From assembly GCA_002633005.1 (NCBI GenBank), contig NMRA01000056.1:813024-877023 (forward strand): a stretch of DNA of 64,000 nucleotides, written 5' to 3'. The translations under genes were made by a program, and so were the position numbers. Each line of letters begins with the position of its first letter. The stretch's first letter is position 1. The stretch is from Phoronis australis (lineage: Eukaryota > Animalia > Phoronida). Below are positions 51,989-64,000 of this stretch, piece after piece. A model generated the notes under the pieces. That model searched no databases. It saw only the letters and a program-made list of their open reading frames with translations, and was not told where the DNA came from.

Positions 51989-52736
51989 NATCGTACGGAA
52001 AATGACGAATTGTATGGAATGAGCATGCGCAGACACACTTAAGGACATTTAGCTATGTAAAATATACCCGAATAGTTGTCCTGTTATTAGTTGGGATTAA
52101 ACTTTCCTAAATAATTACAGAGCAAACACTCAAAAACCAAATATCACTTCTTTACATGATATTCTGTAACAAGATTTTAACACCCCAAAATGTCTTGTTA
52201 AAAAAATCTTTATTAGTTTGACAGATTGTGGAAAGTGGCTCTGAGGCCAGACTATCCCCGGCAACCAGCCACGGGTCGGCGCGTATAAAGAATGACCAGT
52301 GCAATTGTCGGGTTTGTTGAATAATTTTGCAGAGAAATTGCTGGTTGTCTGGAATCGTAGCTCAAGAGTCCCGCTTGATGAGCAAAAATGACAAAATGAA
52401 AATGAAGCAATGAAATTCGGCTTCATTTAATTACTATAACAATTGATCATAACTTAGTCGAGCAGACCACCAGAAATTTAGTCATAATATTGATACCGCT
52501 CTTTTGCTGTGAACTTAGCTTTCGTTTTTGCTTAAAAATGCATGGTCGCGTGACCCAATTAAGGGTAGATTGGTAAAAAGTCAAAAATCCAATTTTACAA
52601 GATTTCTACTTTTAGAAAATATATATTTCTAGTGAGTTAGAATATACCGCAGTTTTGTGTATATTTGGCTAAACATAGACTTGTCGATAAGGTCCTATGC
52701 AACAACCTACTATGCTACGTGTCAAAAATGAGTTAA

Positions 52737-52970
52737 TGTTCCGTTTCAAGAAAACTGACTTAGCTAAGACAAATCTTAAATTTCATCCAATTTTAACATA
52801 AAACTCAAATTTGTCTCATGTCCGTTTCAAGAAAGAGATCTTAATTTGGCTTAAGTTTTTTCTTAATTTTGACTTACTTACTGGATTTGGAAGTTTCAAA
52901 GTTTGAAAGTTGAGGCAAATCTTGGACTAATGCCAAAAATGAACTTAAGCCAATTTCTTAGAACGGGACC
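52737..52970. mobile_element. MITE-like inverted repeat
   Basis: gttccgtttcaagaaa...cttag at the left; cttaagccaatttcttagaacgggac at the right. Confidence 0.45.
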
Positions 52971-54248
52971 ACAGTTTTCAACTACAAAAGTTACTAAAAA
53001 CTCTTCTGCTTTTGTTGTTTGAAAAAGGAATCTTTTATAGTTTCGGACCCCCAACTAAGGTGGACCCTTTTGTAGGGTATTGTGCTGGAAAAGGCACCTT
53101 TAGGAGTTATGGTCTGATATAACGTGCCCCAATTTTTGAGAACCAGTTTTCTCCACTGAATAACGGGCATCAAACTGGTTCTCAAAATACGGATGTCAGA
53201 CTATTACTCTCTTGCGCAGGAACTGGTCGTAAAAAAGTCGCTCTTCAGAGCAGCCCGTTCTTAATACCTTCTACACGAGAAAAAAACGGGAATGACACTC
53301 CATACGCTACTGGAATGATACGGTAACAAGAGGAAGTAAATCAGTTAGACAACAGACCAGATGGCAGGATAATGGTTCCCTTAGCGCAGGCACTCAATTT
53401 GTTCGTTAGCAACCGAATGACAGTTCTTGTATTGTTGTTTCTAATTACTCCATATTGTATGAATGCTGGACTGCCATGCAAAATTGGTTAACGTCTATTG
53501 TTAGGTGAAAACTGGGTCAATAAGTACACACAGACGATGTTGATCAGGAACGCGCTAAACAAAATCGACATCAATGGAAACATGCATACTCCATTAGTCC
53601 GGCACCTTTCACACACAGCCTGGTAACATATGTTCCAAACAGCATAATTCACATACAGGGGAGGGACTCACACGGGGAGTCGGTTTAGGCCCCAAGTCTC
53701 TTGCCCATCCCGCGTCTAATAAATCCATTTTAAAGAAAGTTACGTAAAACCAGTGCGTGACAGTGGTGCTGAGTGTAACTGTGTTGAGCGGAGCTTACCT
53801 TATGGTTGTAGGCCCAACAGCCTCACGGTGACTTGTTCATACGGAGTGATATACGGTAATTGTCCATCATGCACGCATGTCTATCATATTATCAACTTCT
53901 CTGATCCACTCCGGTACATGCGTTCAGTTACTTTTGACCAATTGACAATAGGTCACGATAGTTTTTTTTCTTGAGAAGACAGCGAGCTCGCTTGTTCATC
54001 GTGTCATTGTAAATGGCTCCTCAATGTGACCCAGTTTACCTCATACAACCTGCCGCTACGCTGGTATAGTTCATTTAATAAACATCCTGACAATAGGCGC
54101 TCCCTTATTGATAGAAGTTATCCGGAGGGTATATTTTATTGCCAACATAAGATCTGTACCTTTCTCCGACTATACGATTTCTGGGTTATATAAAGAATTG
54201 ACAGTTCCGTGTCAGTCTCATTCCTCCGACACTTTCTAACCCCCCACC

Positions 54249-54404
54249 CTGTGGCGGATTTAGAGGGGGGCAAGGGGGCCATGGCCCCTCCTAAAATTCT
54301 CCCAGATTCCATTTGGCAGTATGGGGGTGCGAATGTCTGACGGGCAAAATCCTGGCTGATATTCTGCCCTGGCCCCCCAACTCAAAATCCTGGATCCGCC
54401 CCTG
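54249..54404 (+). mobile_element. Short non-autonomous DNA element with a 5-bp target-site duplication; inverted sister copy at 57641-57784
   Basis: ctgtggcggatt...ggatccgcccctg flanked by CCACC on both sides; the interior is shared with 57641-57784. Confidence 0.75.
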
Positions 54405-55339
54405 CCACCGGTCTCGATGTCGCTTACCATTAAAATGTTTCATGGGTTTTAAGAATAATCGGAAATTTTATTTGGCTTTCGCAGATCGATCAATCTCTTT
54501 TTAAACTGAATTAGTCACAGTCCATTATTGATGAGGGTTTTGCAATGCATGTTTTCGTGCCCAATTTTTACCATTCTGGGACTAGGAGCCATATCAAAAA
54601 CAAAACTTTCATTGTTTTCGTGAATAACGAAAACTTGCTTCACAAGAAAACGAAATGATAACATAGAAAAGTGTATAGTCGCTTTTTGAGATTTCATCTT
54701 GAATTTATACAAAATTTGGTCATCTTATTAACACCATATTTTGCTTCATTTTTGCAACATTTACTAAAGAGACATGGCCCCGCATAACCTAATTAATGAC
54801 AGATTAGTATTATAAAGTAGAAAAATCCGATATTACATGTGCTTTCTGCACGTATCGGGTTTTGAATACTGCATGGCATCCAACTGCGCTTACCCGTCAA
54901 AATACTACCAACGCCAACCACGCACCCTCATCCCCTCCACCCATTGTTCATTTTGAGGGCCCGCGGCCTACATCCGTAGTTTACAACCAGGTCTTCACAT
55001 TGTTAGCACGTTCCGAACGTAGTGTACAACCAGTTCAGTTGTCCAGTGACCACGATTGCTGCTTATGAATGGAATCATGTTTCACAGCAGTTGTAACATT
55101 AATGGGAATGAGACGAGACGTATTATGTAACAACACAGAACTGACCTCGATAAGACTTCTCGGTTTAGCAAGGTTTAAATGAACTAAATGTTGATTAGCC
55201 CTGAAATAATTTTCAAATGGAAGACCAAGCAGTGAATAGAACATTTAACTTCCCCTTGTCAATTAATGGAATCAAAAAAACCGTTTAAACGGAAACAGCT
55301 ATGTTGCTTCTAACATTTTTAACCGATTGTTCACGAGGG

Positions 55340-56033
55340 AACTACCGATCAAGCCGCCAATAGGGGGCGCTACAATTTGACCTATATAACATACTGAACA
55401 AAAACTCTTAATTTTTAGTACGTAGGTGTAACTTATTTTAGAGGGTAAGAATTGATCTGGTATACCGTTGACACTAAGTTAACGTATAAAAACACGATTT
55501 TGTAACTATTCAAAGAAAGTTTCAAAAAAATCCACTAAGCAGTCCACCAGTTCAGAAGAAACATTCTGATTATATATATGATATTTTTGCTCCAACCAAC
55601 TCATACTTACCTGGCACAGAGGTTTTTCCGTGATCAGCTAGGCGGAACCTCCAGGAAGAGGCCCTTTCATTGCACCTCGATTGGGCTGACGCCTGCGATA
55701 ACCCCAAATGTGGGTTACTCGGGTGCATAATTTGTGATAGTGGGGGACTGCGTTCGCGCTATCCCCTGATAAAAACTAAAGCAATGAACACATGTTATCA
55801 CCAGATACATGGGATTGTACTGAGTCACACTTGTATCAAATACAGACTTGGCACGCGCTTGCTGTGAACTCGCGATGCCTGTGTCCGTTTTGCGCTTATC
55901 CGTCTAGTGTTAAGGCGCACACGAGAGGAGAGGTTGATTTGACAAGTGGCGTGGACGTAAGACGCAGTACGATTTTACTCAAAGAAGCTGGTTTTATATC
56001 AGAGAATCATTCGCGCACCCGGGTGGGGGGGGG
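55340..56033 (+). repeat. U1 gene cassette duplicated at ~63292-64000 (continues past the window end)
   Basis: Shared ~260-bp upstream and >260-bp downstream flanks with many SNPs and a ~13-nt indel. Confidence 0.9.
55603..55768 (+). ncRNA. U1: U1 spliceosomal snRNA, copy 1
   Basis: 5' ATACTTACCTG, loop I GATCA, U1A loop ATTGCAC, stem III CCCCAAATGTGGG, Sm site AATTTGTG, stem IV GGGGGACTGCGTTCGCGCTATCCCC; 166 nt. Confidence 0.97.
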
Positions 56034-56261
56034 GCTCGAACGAGTCCCACATTTGGCGAAGTGGGCAATAAGGTCCGCCTCAGAGAAACAAAATCTCCGA
56101 CAGTAGTAGAACACGAGACAAAAGTCCACTAAAAAGGCAAAAACAACCAAAATTCGACAAATGCGCAATTCATAGCTCTGAGCGTACCTTGTGAAACTTA
56201 GTAAACAGGTCTGCATTCTCAAAAATTGGAGCCCTCATTTCTTAGGCTGGGTGCGCGCATG
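56008..56261. mobile_element. CAT...ATG MITE of the 31859-32139 family; a further copy starts at 63974
   Basis: cattcgcgcacccgg...ctgggtgcgcgcatg with gagaat on both flanks. Confidence 0.75.
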
Positions 56262-59200
56262 TGAGAATATCGGATTGGCTACTCAAAATTAGCAAAGTGC
56301 CCTATTTTTAAGCAACGTATTGAAAAGTCCAGGAAAAAGTAGATTTGTGGGTAATCAGAAAACTGCAGAAATTAGCTCCATAAAGGTATGATGTTTTCTG
56401 AAAGTAGAACGTCTGTAGATTTTATTTTATTACAGCACATCAATTCGTCATTAATAGGGTGACGTGACCATATCTTTTTAGTAAACTTAAGCAAAAAGAA
56501 AGGCATATTCATTGCAAAACAACGATATAAATAACAAGACCAATTATTATTTGATAAATGTTCAAGATGGAATCTCAAAAAGTTCTCTTCGTTTTCATTC
56601 AGTTTTCGAGTGATGTCCTGTTTTAGATAGCCATCATACAAAATTGAAACATTTCCTAACATGTCAGAAAGTTTCGGATGAATCCGATAACCCATTTCTG
56701 ATATGACGTTTCAGTAGCCAGATTTGGAAATTTTTATTGTGTCCTATATAACTTTAATTAGTGATCTAGATTATGTGTACGCGAGTGGGAGATTTATGGT
56801 TGACCTACATTTTGTAAACTGTTTTGTATACCATTCTCTTAAAACTTTTTTAAGAAGCTCAATTGTGCGAATCCCTTGGTTTGATCCCTAACTTCACTCC
56901 TAGGGCTTGCATGGCAAGTTATTGTCAGGAGTAAACAAAGAGATGGCGGAACTGTGTTGATCAATAATACATATATTTAACATGTTTAAACGTCATTTGG
57001 CCATTTTACTTCGTCTTTAACTATTTTCTTAACTTGCCTGTCGGGCAAGGAAACCTAGAATTTCACTCGCCCGGACGAAAAAAAAAACACTTGGCCGGAG
57101 GAAATCGCTTCTAAATCATCTTTTGGTTAAGTTCTTTGTAACAATGCTCATGTGGACGTGTATAACACGGAATAGAGGGGAACTCTGTCGAATGTGGCAA
57201 GTCACCTTTAAATGTTTAAGTACCCTACCGCAAGCCGGGGATAGCGGAGCCTCTGCTCAGGTTAAGAGGGTCAAAAACACCGTGACATCGTGTTCTGGTG
57301 TTTGGGTTAATATTGGCCTACGCCTACCTGAAATGCCATAATAAAATAAAGTTTTCCCGAAACTGGATCACAATAAAACGAATCTCAAGTTGACCTTAGA
57401 GCGAGCGCAGACGGCTGATACGAGCTGCCTGTCTCAAGTGAATCACCGCTGAGTTGACCAGCAACTACATGTAGCTTTAGTTCATCGTGAATTTCGTATT
57501 TTCACACTTATATCTCAGCTATAGCTGCTTTAGGCAGCTCCTCGCTACCGGTCAGTGTATTGGTCCTAGGTCCATTCTTACTCTCCGCGTTGGTTCACGG
57601 TTACTCAACTCTTGATATGGCTTCATTCCCGGGATTGACCCAGGGCGGATACAAGATTTTGAGTTGGGGGGAGGTCAGAGTATTAGCCAGGGTTTTACCC
57701 GTCTGAGGAATTAGCACCCCCGAACCGCCAAATCTGGGAGAATTTTAGGCCATGACCCCTTGGCCACCCCTAAATCCGCCACTGTGCCCCCCACCTAGGG
57801 CGGANAATAATGAATTCTATATTAACCGCGAAGTTAAGGGCTCCCGCGTTCTTCGAAGTTATTCAGATATCTAATTCAGCGGAGTTATCACAAAGTGTGT
57901 GATTATGTATGATCTGACAGAGAACTGAGATGGGAACTTCTTTTGCGTACTTTCTGTATTTTTGGTAAATTTAAGAATCCAGCAAGTACACCGATAATTT
58001 AAAACAGAATGTTTGTACTTCCAAAAAATAAATATTAGAACTAAATATTAACAAATATTAAGCAATCACAGCCCACTGTTGGCAAACGCAATGACCCCTA
58101 CCCATAACTTCAGTGGCATTGGAAGTAAATGTTCCCGTTCATGACGGCGACATCCCGTTGCTCCCAACTTGTTCGATTGTATAGCCCAACAACAAGTTGG
58201 GAAATTTAACCCCGTAAACAATATCTTACACGAGTGACTAACTCCATTCTGGCATTGATGGTTGGAGGGCCTGAGCTCTTTTGTTCGATAATTGCTCTAA
58301 TCTCCGATCAGATCTTATCAGTAGCCTGACTGGGCTGGGCTGATAAAAATGAAAGTTAAGTTATAACATATTTGAGCTTAAACAAATAGCATTTCTGAAT
58401 TTCTCGTCAAATGCTGATCATGTTCCGTTTTTGAATCACCAAAATCACCCAACTACAACAGAAGTTAAGACAATCTATTCTGTCCAAACGGATTACCAAC
58501 ACACTGGGTTTGACTGTGTTCATACGCGTTCGGTAATAGCGTGCAACCACCATACGTTACCTTTGAAGCCTGGGATATAATTGGCCTGCTTGTTATCATA
58601 CGGTACAAAAGACTGAGCTGGGCACTTAACAAAGGAGCCAGATGTTGTCGCACGTTCAGCACCCCTCACGTCTGGAAAAGTTACTGAACGACAGAACGCT
58701 GTAATGTGTTGCGAATTGTTGACGCTTCGCTGTTAATTCCACCTTTTTACTCCGGAGTAAACTCCTAGTGTTAACTTCAATCCAAAAGTGACGTTAACTG
58801 TTCTCATTGACGGAAACTTTGCTAACACTGAAGTTTCGGAACCAGTTAAAAAGACCTCAAATCGAATGGACCAATTGCTTCTGGAACAAATCCAGAGATT
58901 AACACAACCTTATTTTGTTTACATTCCCTGATGTGTAGCCATGTATCTTATCACCATCATTCAAATGTTGACGTCCAAAAGGTTTGCCGACTCTTGTCTC
59001 AAATTCTCTTGCACTACCAAATTTTCCAAATTCCTCATTTTTTAAATTGCTATTTAAAAATTTCTGTGGATAATTGTGATTGGTCACCACAAAACGATTA
59101 TCAATTCCCCCATTGCCTTGAATAACTTAAGCCGTATCGCTCAAGATGAAGATGCAAACCATGGGGCATGGTTACTGGGCAAGGCATAAGTTGCGACAAC

Positions 59201-60358
59201 ACTGAACAGCCGGTCTTGTTAACAGGTGTCCAGTGACTCTGAGCAATAAAATTTACGAGAAATAATCAACCTATAGAGAAATGTTAAATATTTGAAATAA
59301 ATCAAAACTAGTGTAGGCCAATTGGTCCTTGTACTAAAAATCTCAAGTTTTTGCTTAATTTTGGGTGGCCGTTCACTTACACTGACTATAGCTATATTTT
59401 CATTGCCACCCATTGGCAATTGTGAAAACGCATTTATGCGCCAAAGATACGAGTTATTCGAAACGACTTCTCTTAAGCGGCAGATTTTTATCAACCATTT
59501 CAGGCATTTCGATTTTCGATGCTTTTGACATTTTTTTCTTTAGCGCTTGGGTACGAGATTTGCAAAAATGCATTTATTTATGGAACGTATCTTTGCTTTT
59601 TATTAAACACCACTGGCGGCTGAAGCTGTCGTTGCATATTGTTTTCGTTTTGTTCTCTTCGATTCGATATGCACAGTACTTTTGTATACAACCTGCGGGT
59701 ATATGTAGGCAGGGTGCTCAGTCTACTCGTGGTTTTAAAATAGGAGTTATTCAGTACAGAAAATGTTGTCTGTAGTTTGGTCAGAGCTAAAATATTGTGT
59801 ACGTGTGTCCATACTGAACCGACACGGAACGTGCGCTTCTCGCGAACAACAACTGTGTGGTGGTCCAACAAGACAGGATTGGGAACGCCGGTGCGAACTG
59901 TAGCAGTCATGCCCATGGTGGTGAAAGCAAACTGTAACCATGGAGCGCCTGTTAAGTAACGGCGCTGTGGAGATAGCTCGGATTTCTGAGAGACTTGTGT
60001 GGACAATTATATTAATTTTATTAAACTTCAGTCAAGTTCAGTGTGACACTGATTGAATCCAAATACATGTTTCTATTAGATATTGGTACTTTTTAACAAA
60101 TTAGATAATACACTTATTAGACGAACCTGACTATCACAGTGTTATCAACTATCGGAAAATACTTGGATATTGTTCTAAAAAGAGATTCTTATTGCTGGCA
60201 TTTCCGTTGTTTGAGGGTACATCGAACTTTTTTACACATCACTGACGTGACATTGACCGAAAGAGCTCCAGCTGTTTTGTCCGATCAACGCGATTGCTTT
60301 TTTCACTTGAACACTGACGAGATTGCCATCCATGAAAGTTGGGCACTTGTTACCTTAA

Positions 60359-62000
60359 GGGAGTATGCCACCCCAAAAACAAGCCATTTTGTATCAATTT
60401 AGATTGAGTAGTTCTACTCGATAACGGCACGTTCGGTTGCGTTACCTGACACCTGACGGCAGACGGGGGTGTTGAAATTATCCAGTGACGTAATTGGTTT
60501 CACACGCTGTCTGCTCAGCAGTTCACAACACGGGTTACTGGTGTCAGGTTATCGCTTGAATTCATCGTTTAACACCAATAAATAATCGAACTTCGATGTA
60601 AAACCCTTAAAAATACACCGAGTTCTTATGAAAGCGTGTTCTTTTATTTCGCTGTTACGGATTTATTGGTATTTGGACACACCGTAGCCTACAAAGTTCG
60701 GCAGGCCAATTTACCAAGGTCCATAGCAGGAGTTTGGGCATTGTTCGGAGATAAATTCGAAAAATTCTTCCGTGAATTACAGACAGGAGAACCTAGAACT
60801 GTGTTGTTTAGACTTATGATCTTTTGAGTTCTAAACACACAAAACGCTTGTTATCGGCTGACCAGGGCTCGGAACCCGATCAGGCCCGTCACGGCCGCCG
60901 GGACTGGCACGAACATAAATCAGCTTGAGTTGGAAACTAAACCTCCAGTCAGGAAAAGACTATAATAGTGAGCCTATGAAATAATGGGAATTAGCCACGA
61001 AACTGAAAATCTACTTACTTCTCGGGGGCCGCGAAGTCGGGTCCCCCTTCCAAAGACCGCCAGGGCAAAGGTAACAATGATTAGAATAATGTATTTGTAT
61101 TTCTGAATAAAGATTCCCCTAACATGTGACCATACATATAAAATCGAATGATTGTTTCACAACAGCATTCTGTCAGCAAACACTGAATTAGCTTGCGCTC
61201 ACACGGCCTCAGTCGGTGCCCGGTCAATTACCTTTATTGCCGTCACCAAAAGCCGGTAACGCAGTGGTTTATTCTTTAGTGGCTTCTCAACATTTGCACT
61301 CACAAATACTGCAAAGGCATTACAAATTGTATCTAATGAGACAGACTTTGTTTCGGTTTTATATAAGCATTGGTTAGGATGAGAATAATTCATTTTGAAA
61401 CGGAACGCAGAATAATAAACGTCTACATGACAACTCGCCCGGCGCCAATCCCGACTTAGTCAAGAGCTCATCCGACGAAGACTTCATGGATCGCATCGGT
61501 AAGTTTCGCAGGCTATCAATTCGAACCGGAATACACTGATCAAGAAATACTAGAGAGGCGCCGTGAACATGCACAAGCAACGGAACGTATGGATAGTTCT
61601 TTGGTAAGCCGGAATTCGTCAGAGAAACCACAGTCAACGAAATGCCGGCCACAGGAACGGAGATGTTTCACGGCCTCATGCTTGCTATTAATAGCGTACC
61701 TTTCATTCTTCACTAACCACGAGCCACTTCCTAAGCATTTCGGGCTCTCGAAGAAGTCGGAAAAACGATATACCCGCTTTCTTCGCAGCTTCATAGTTCG
61801 GACAAGCGGGAATGATGCACCGCGATATAGCGGCATTCACTCTGCAGACGAACCACTGACGTCGCTGCGTCGTTTCTCACCTTCCTCACAGGTTAACGCG
61901 ACTCCTCTCGGCAAGGTGAGGTCGACCGTACAAGAGGCGATGTGGATATAGACCGATCAAGACGGTAAAAAAGACTAATAAAATCGGGAGGCATTCTCCT
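60359..62000 (-). mobile_element. Kolobok-like DNA transposon, internally deleted and decayed
   Basis: TTAA at 60355-60358 and 62001-62004; TIRs GGGAGTATGCCACCC and AGGAGAATGCCTCCC (reverse complement); internal THAP remnant. Confidence 0.75.
61600..61836 (-). pseudogene. Frameshifted THAP zinc-finger domain
   Basis: One frame reads SRCIIPACPNYEAAKKAGISFFRLLREPEMLRKWLV; the neighbouring frame continues HLRSCGRHFVDCGF. Together they give the C2CH THAP pattern with its conserved W. Confidence 0.8.
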
Positions 62001-62718
62001 TTAAAACTTGTACAGTTGCCGCTCACTACATGTAAGTACAAGTGTTTTGACTTTACATCATGTAATTTGAACGTTTGATGTATTCAATTAAAGTTATATT
62101 GAAACGTGATCGTAAACACCTGCTCGACTTATACTTATTTACAGACTGATTACGTGTCTAGCTTATACCAAAGTGGATACAGAGTACTGTGCAGGCAAAA
62201 ATATTTGTTCTGGAGGTATCAATTAAAAAAAAATAAAAAACAATTAACGGTCCCTTTTTGATAGTTCGTCAACCATGAATATCAAATCAATTGGTCACCA
62301 GTAGTTCTATCTCACTCTGAATGTAAGTAGGATTTTTATCTTTGATGTAAGAAGCGTCATAATATTGTAAGGAAGGTGGGGACGTGGGATTGTAGTGAAC
62401 GAGAAAGTAGAGGGTCCTCGTTTGCTTCGTTTGTTCAAGCCATGAATGTTGAGACTTGGATACGCCGAATAGCAAGCGTTAAAAAGGCATGTTTTTATAT
62501 CTTTTGCCGCATTAAATGCATGAAAATTATATATATATATTTTACTTCGGAGAGAGTTATTTTAGAAAGTTTGCGACTAGAAAGCGAATAATTTTTGTAC
62601 TGAAGTTTTTTGCACCTTTGGGAAATTTCTTAAAGTTACTCAGATGGGCAGTAGTTCAGTGATAGGAGCATGTCCAAATTTCACTTATTTCGGAACATCG
62701 TGTCCCAGAAATGGCTGG

Positions 62719-62991
62719 TAAGCTTCACGTGAAACATTATAATAACATTATAATACACTTTATGCACTGTTGATAAGCTTCCCGTGAAACATTATGATAA
62801 CATTATAATACACTTTATGCACTGTTGATCAGCTTCACGTGAAACATTATAATAACATTATAATACACTTTATGCACTGTTGGTAAGCTTCACGTGGAAC
62901 ATTATAATAACATTATAATAGACTTTATGCACTGTTGATAAGCTTCACGTGAAACATTATAATAACATTATAATACACTTTATGAACTGTT
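62719..62991. repeat. 55-bp minisatellite, 5 copies
   Basis: taagcttcacgtgaaacattataataacattataatacactttatgcactgttga starting at 62719, 62774, 62829, 62884, 62939. Confidence 0.97.
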
Positions 62992-63555
62992 CTCCAAAAT
63001 GCTGTCAAGAATTGGTTTTGAAAAGCTCCAGTTTTGCATCAGAGGCTATCGAAATTATTACTTTTATGATTTTCGTGGACAAATTTAAAAGTTGTACAAA
63101 ACAAAAACGAAATGATTTAGGGAACAGTAACAGCGTTTTTGAGATTTCATGAACATTTATATCAAACTAACGTTGGTCATGATACCGTTGTTTTGGTACT
63201 AATGCACGTTTATTTTTGGCTAAATTTTACTAAAGGCATGGTTACGCCATTCAATTAATGGCAACGAAAAAGTCAGGGTTTTTACCTCATGAAACTGCCG
63301 ATCAAGCCGCCAATAGGGGGCGCTACAATTTGACCTATGTAACATACTGAACAAAAACTCTTAATTTTTTGTACTTAGGTGTTACTTTTGTTAGATGTTA
63401 AGAATTGTTCCGATAAACTGTTGACAGTAAGTTAATGTATAAAAACACGATTTTGTAAGTATTCAAAGAAAGTTTCAAAAAAATCCACTAAGCAGTCCAC
63501 CAGTTCAGAAGAAACATTCTGATTATATATTAAGAATTTTTGCTCAAACCAACTC

Positions 63556-63722
63556 ATACTTACCTGGCACAGAGGTTTTTTCCGTGATCAGCTAGGCGGA
63601 ACCTCCAGGAAGAGGCCCTTTCATTGCACTTCGATTGGGCTGACGCCTGCGATAACCCCAAATGTGGGTTACTCGGGTGCATAATTTGTGATAGTGGGGG
63701 ACTGCGTTCGCGCTATCCCCTG
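63556..63722 (+). ncRNA. U1: U1 spliceosomal snRNA, copy 2
   Basis: Same landmarks as copy 1; differs by one extra T in stem I and C>T in loop II. Confidence 0.97.
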
Positions 63723-64000
63723 ATAAAAACTAAAGCAATAAACACTCCGAAACACCAGATACATGGACTTGTACTAAGTCACACTTTATCAAACACAGAC
63801 TTGGCACGCGTTTGCAGTGAACTCGCGATGCCTGTGTCCGTTTTGCAAGGCACCTATGCGCTTATCCGTCTAGTGTTAAGGCGCACACGAGAGGAGAGGT
63901 TGATTTGACAAGTGGCGTGGACGTAAGACGCAGTACGATTTTACTCAAAGAAGCTGGTTTTATATCAGAGAATCATTCGCGCACCCGGGTGGGGGGGGGG

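Noticed and set aside
55670-55867. Repeated ORF MHLDWADACDNPKCG (also 63624-63908)
   Set aside because: Translation of the U1 snRNA sequence and its flank.
57103-57145. U2-like 5' end (atcgcttct...cttttggttaag)
   Set aside because: No GTAGTA branch-point recognition sequence or downstream U2 structure; the similarity is too short.
59578-60006. 142-aa minus-strand ORF and overlapping plus-strand ORFs
   Set aside because: No recognisable motif, no partner exons, no convincing splice boundaries.

Overview
AT-rich, intron-rich animal (probably marine invertebrate) genomic DNA, not prokaryotic; most short ORFs in the track are noise. I built four spliced genes by hand using GT/AG boundaries and phase matching. 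(1) An uncharacterised >1070-aa signal-anchored protein on the minus strand (18634 to <650, runs off the window). It has a degenerate SAM-methyltransferase-like region, a possible kinase-like remnant, an A[D/V/T]NN[M/V] pentapeptide repeat and an RRLL motif. (2) Signal peptide peptidase HM13 (+, 18844-29925), head-to-head with gene 1 across 209 bp. (3) LSM4 (-, 39000 or 40569 to 32916), whose first intron holds two adjacent long foldback hairpins. (4) A divergent SLC7 cationic amino-acid transporter (-, 49787-45277). The right end has two U1 snRNA genes in ~0.7-kb duplicated cassettes 7953 bp apart, and a Kolobok-like TTAA element carrying a frameshifted THAP domain. MITEs, tRNA-derived SINE-like fragments and minisatellites are scattered throughout. 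Three direct duplications sit exactly on single-N joins and are probably haplotype/assembly artefacts. Domain calls for gene 1 come from pattern recognition only and need profile searches.
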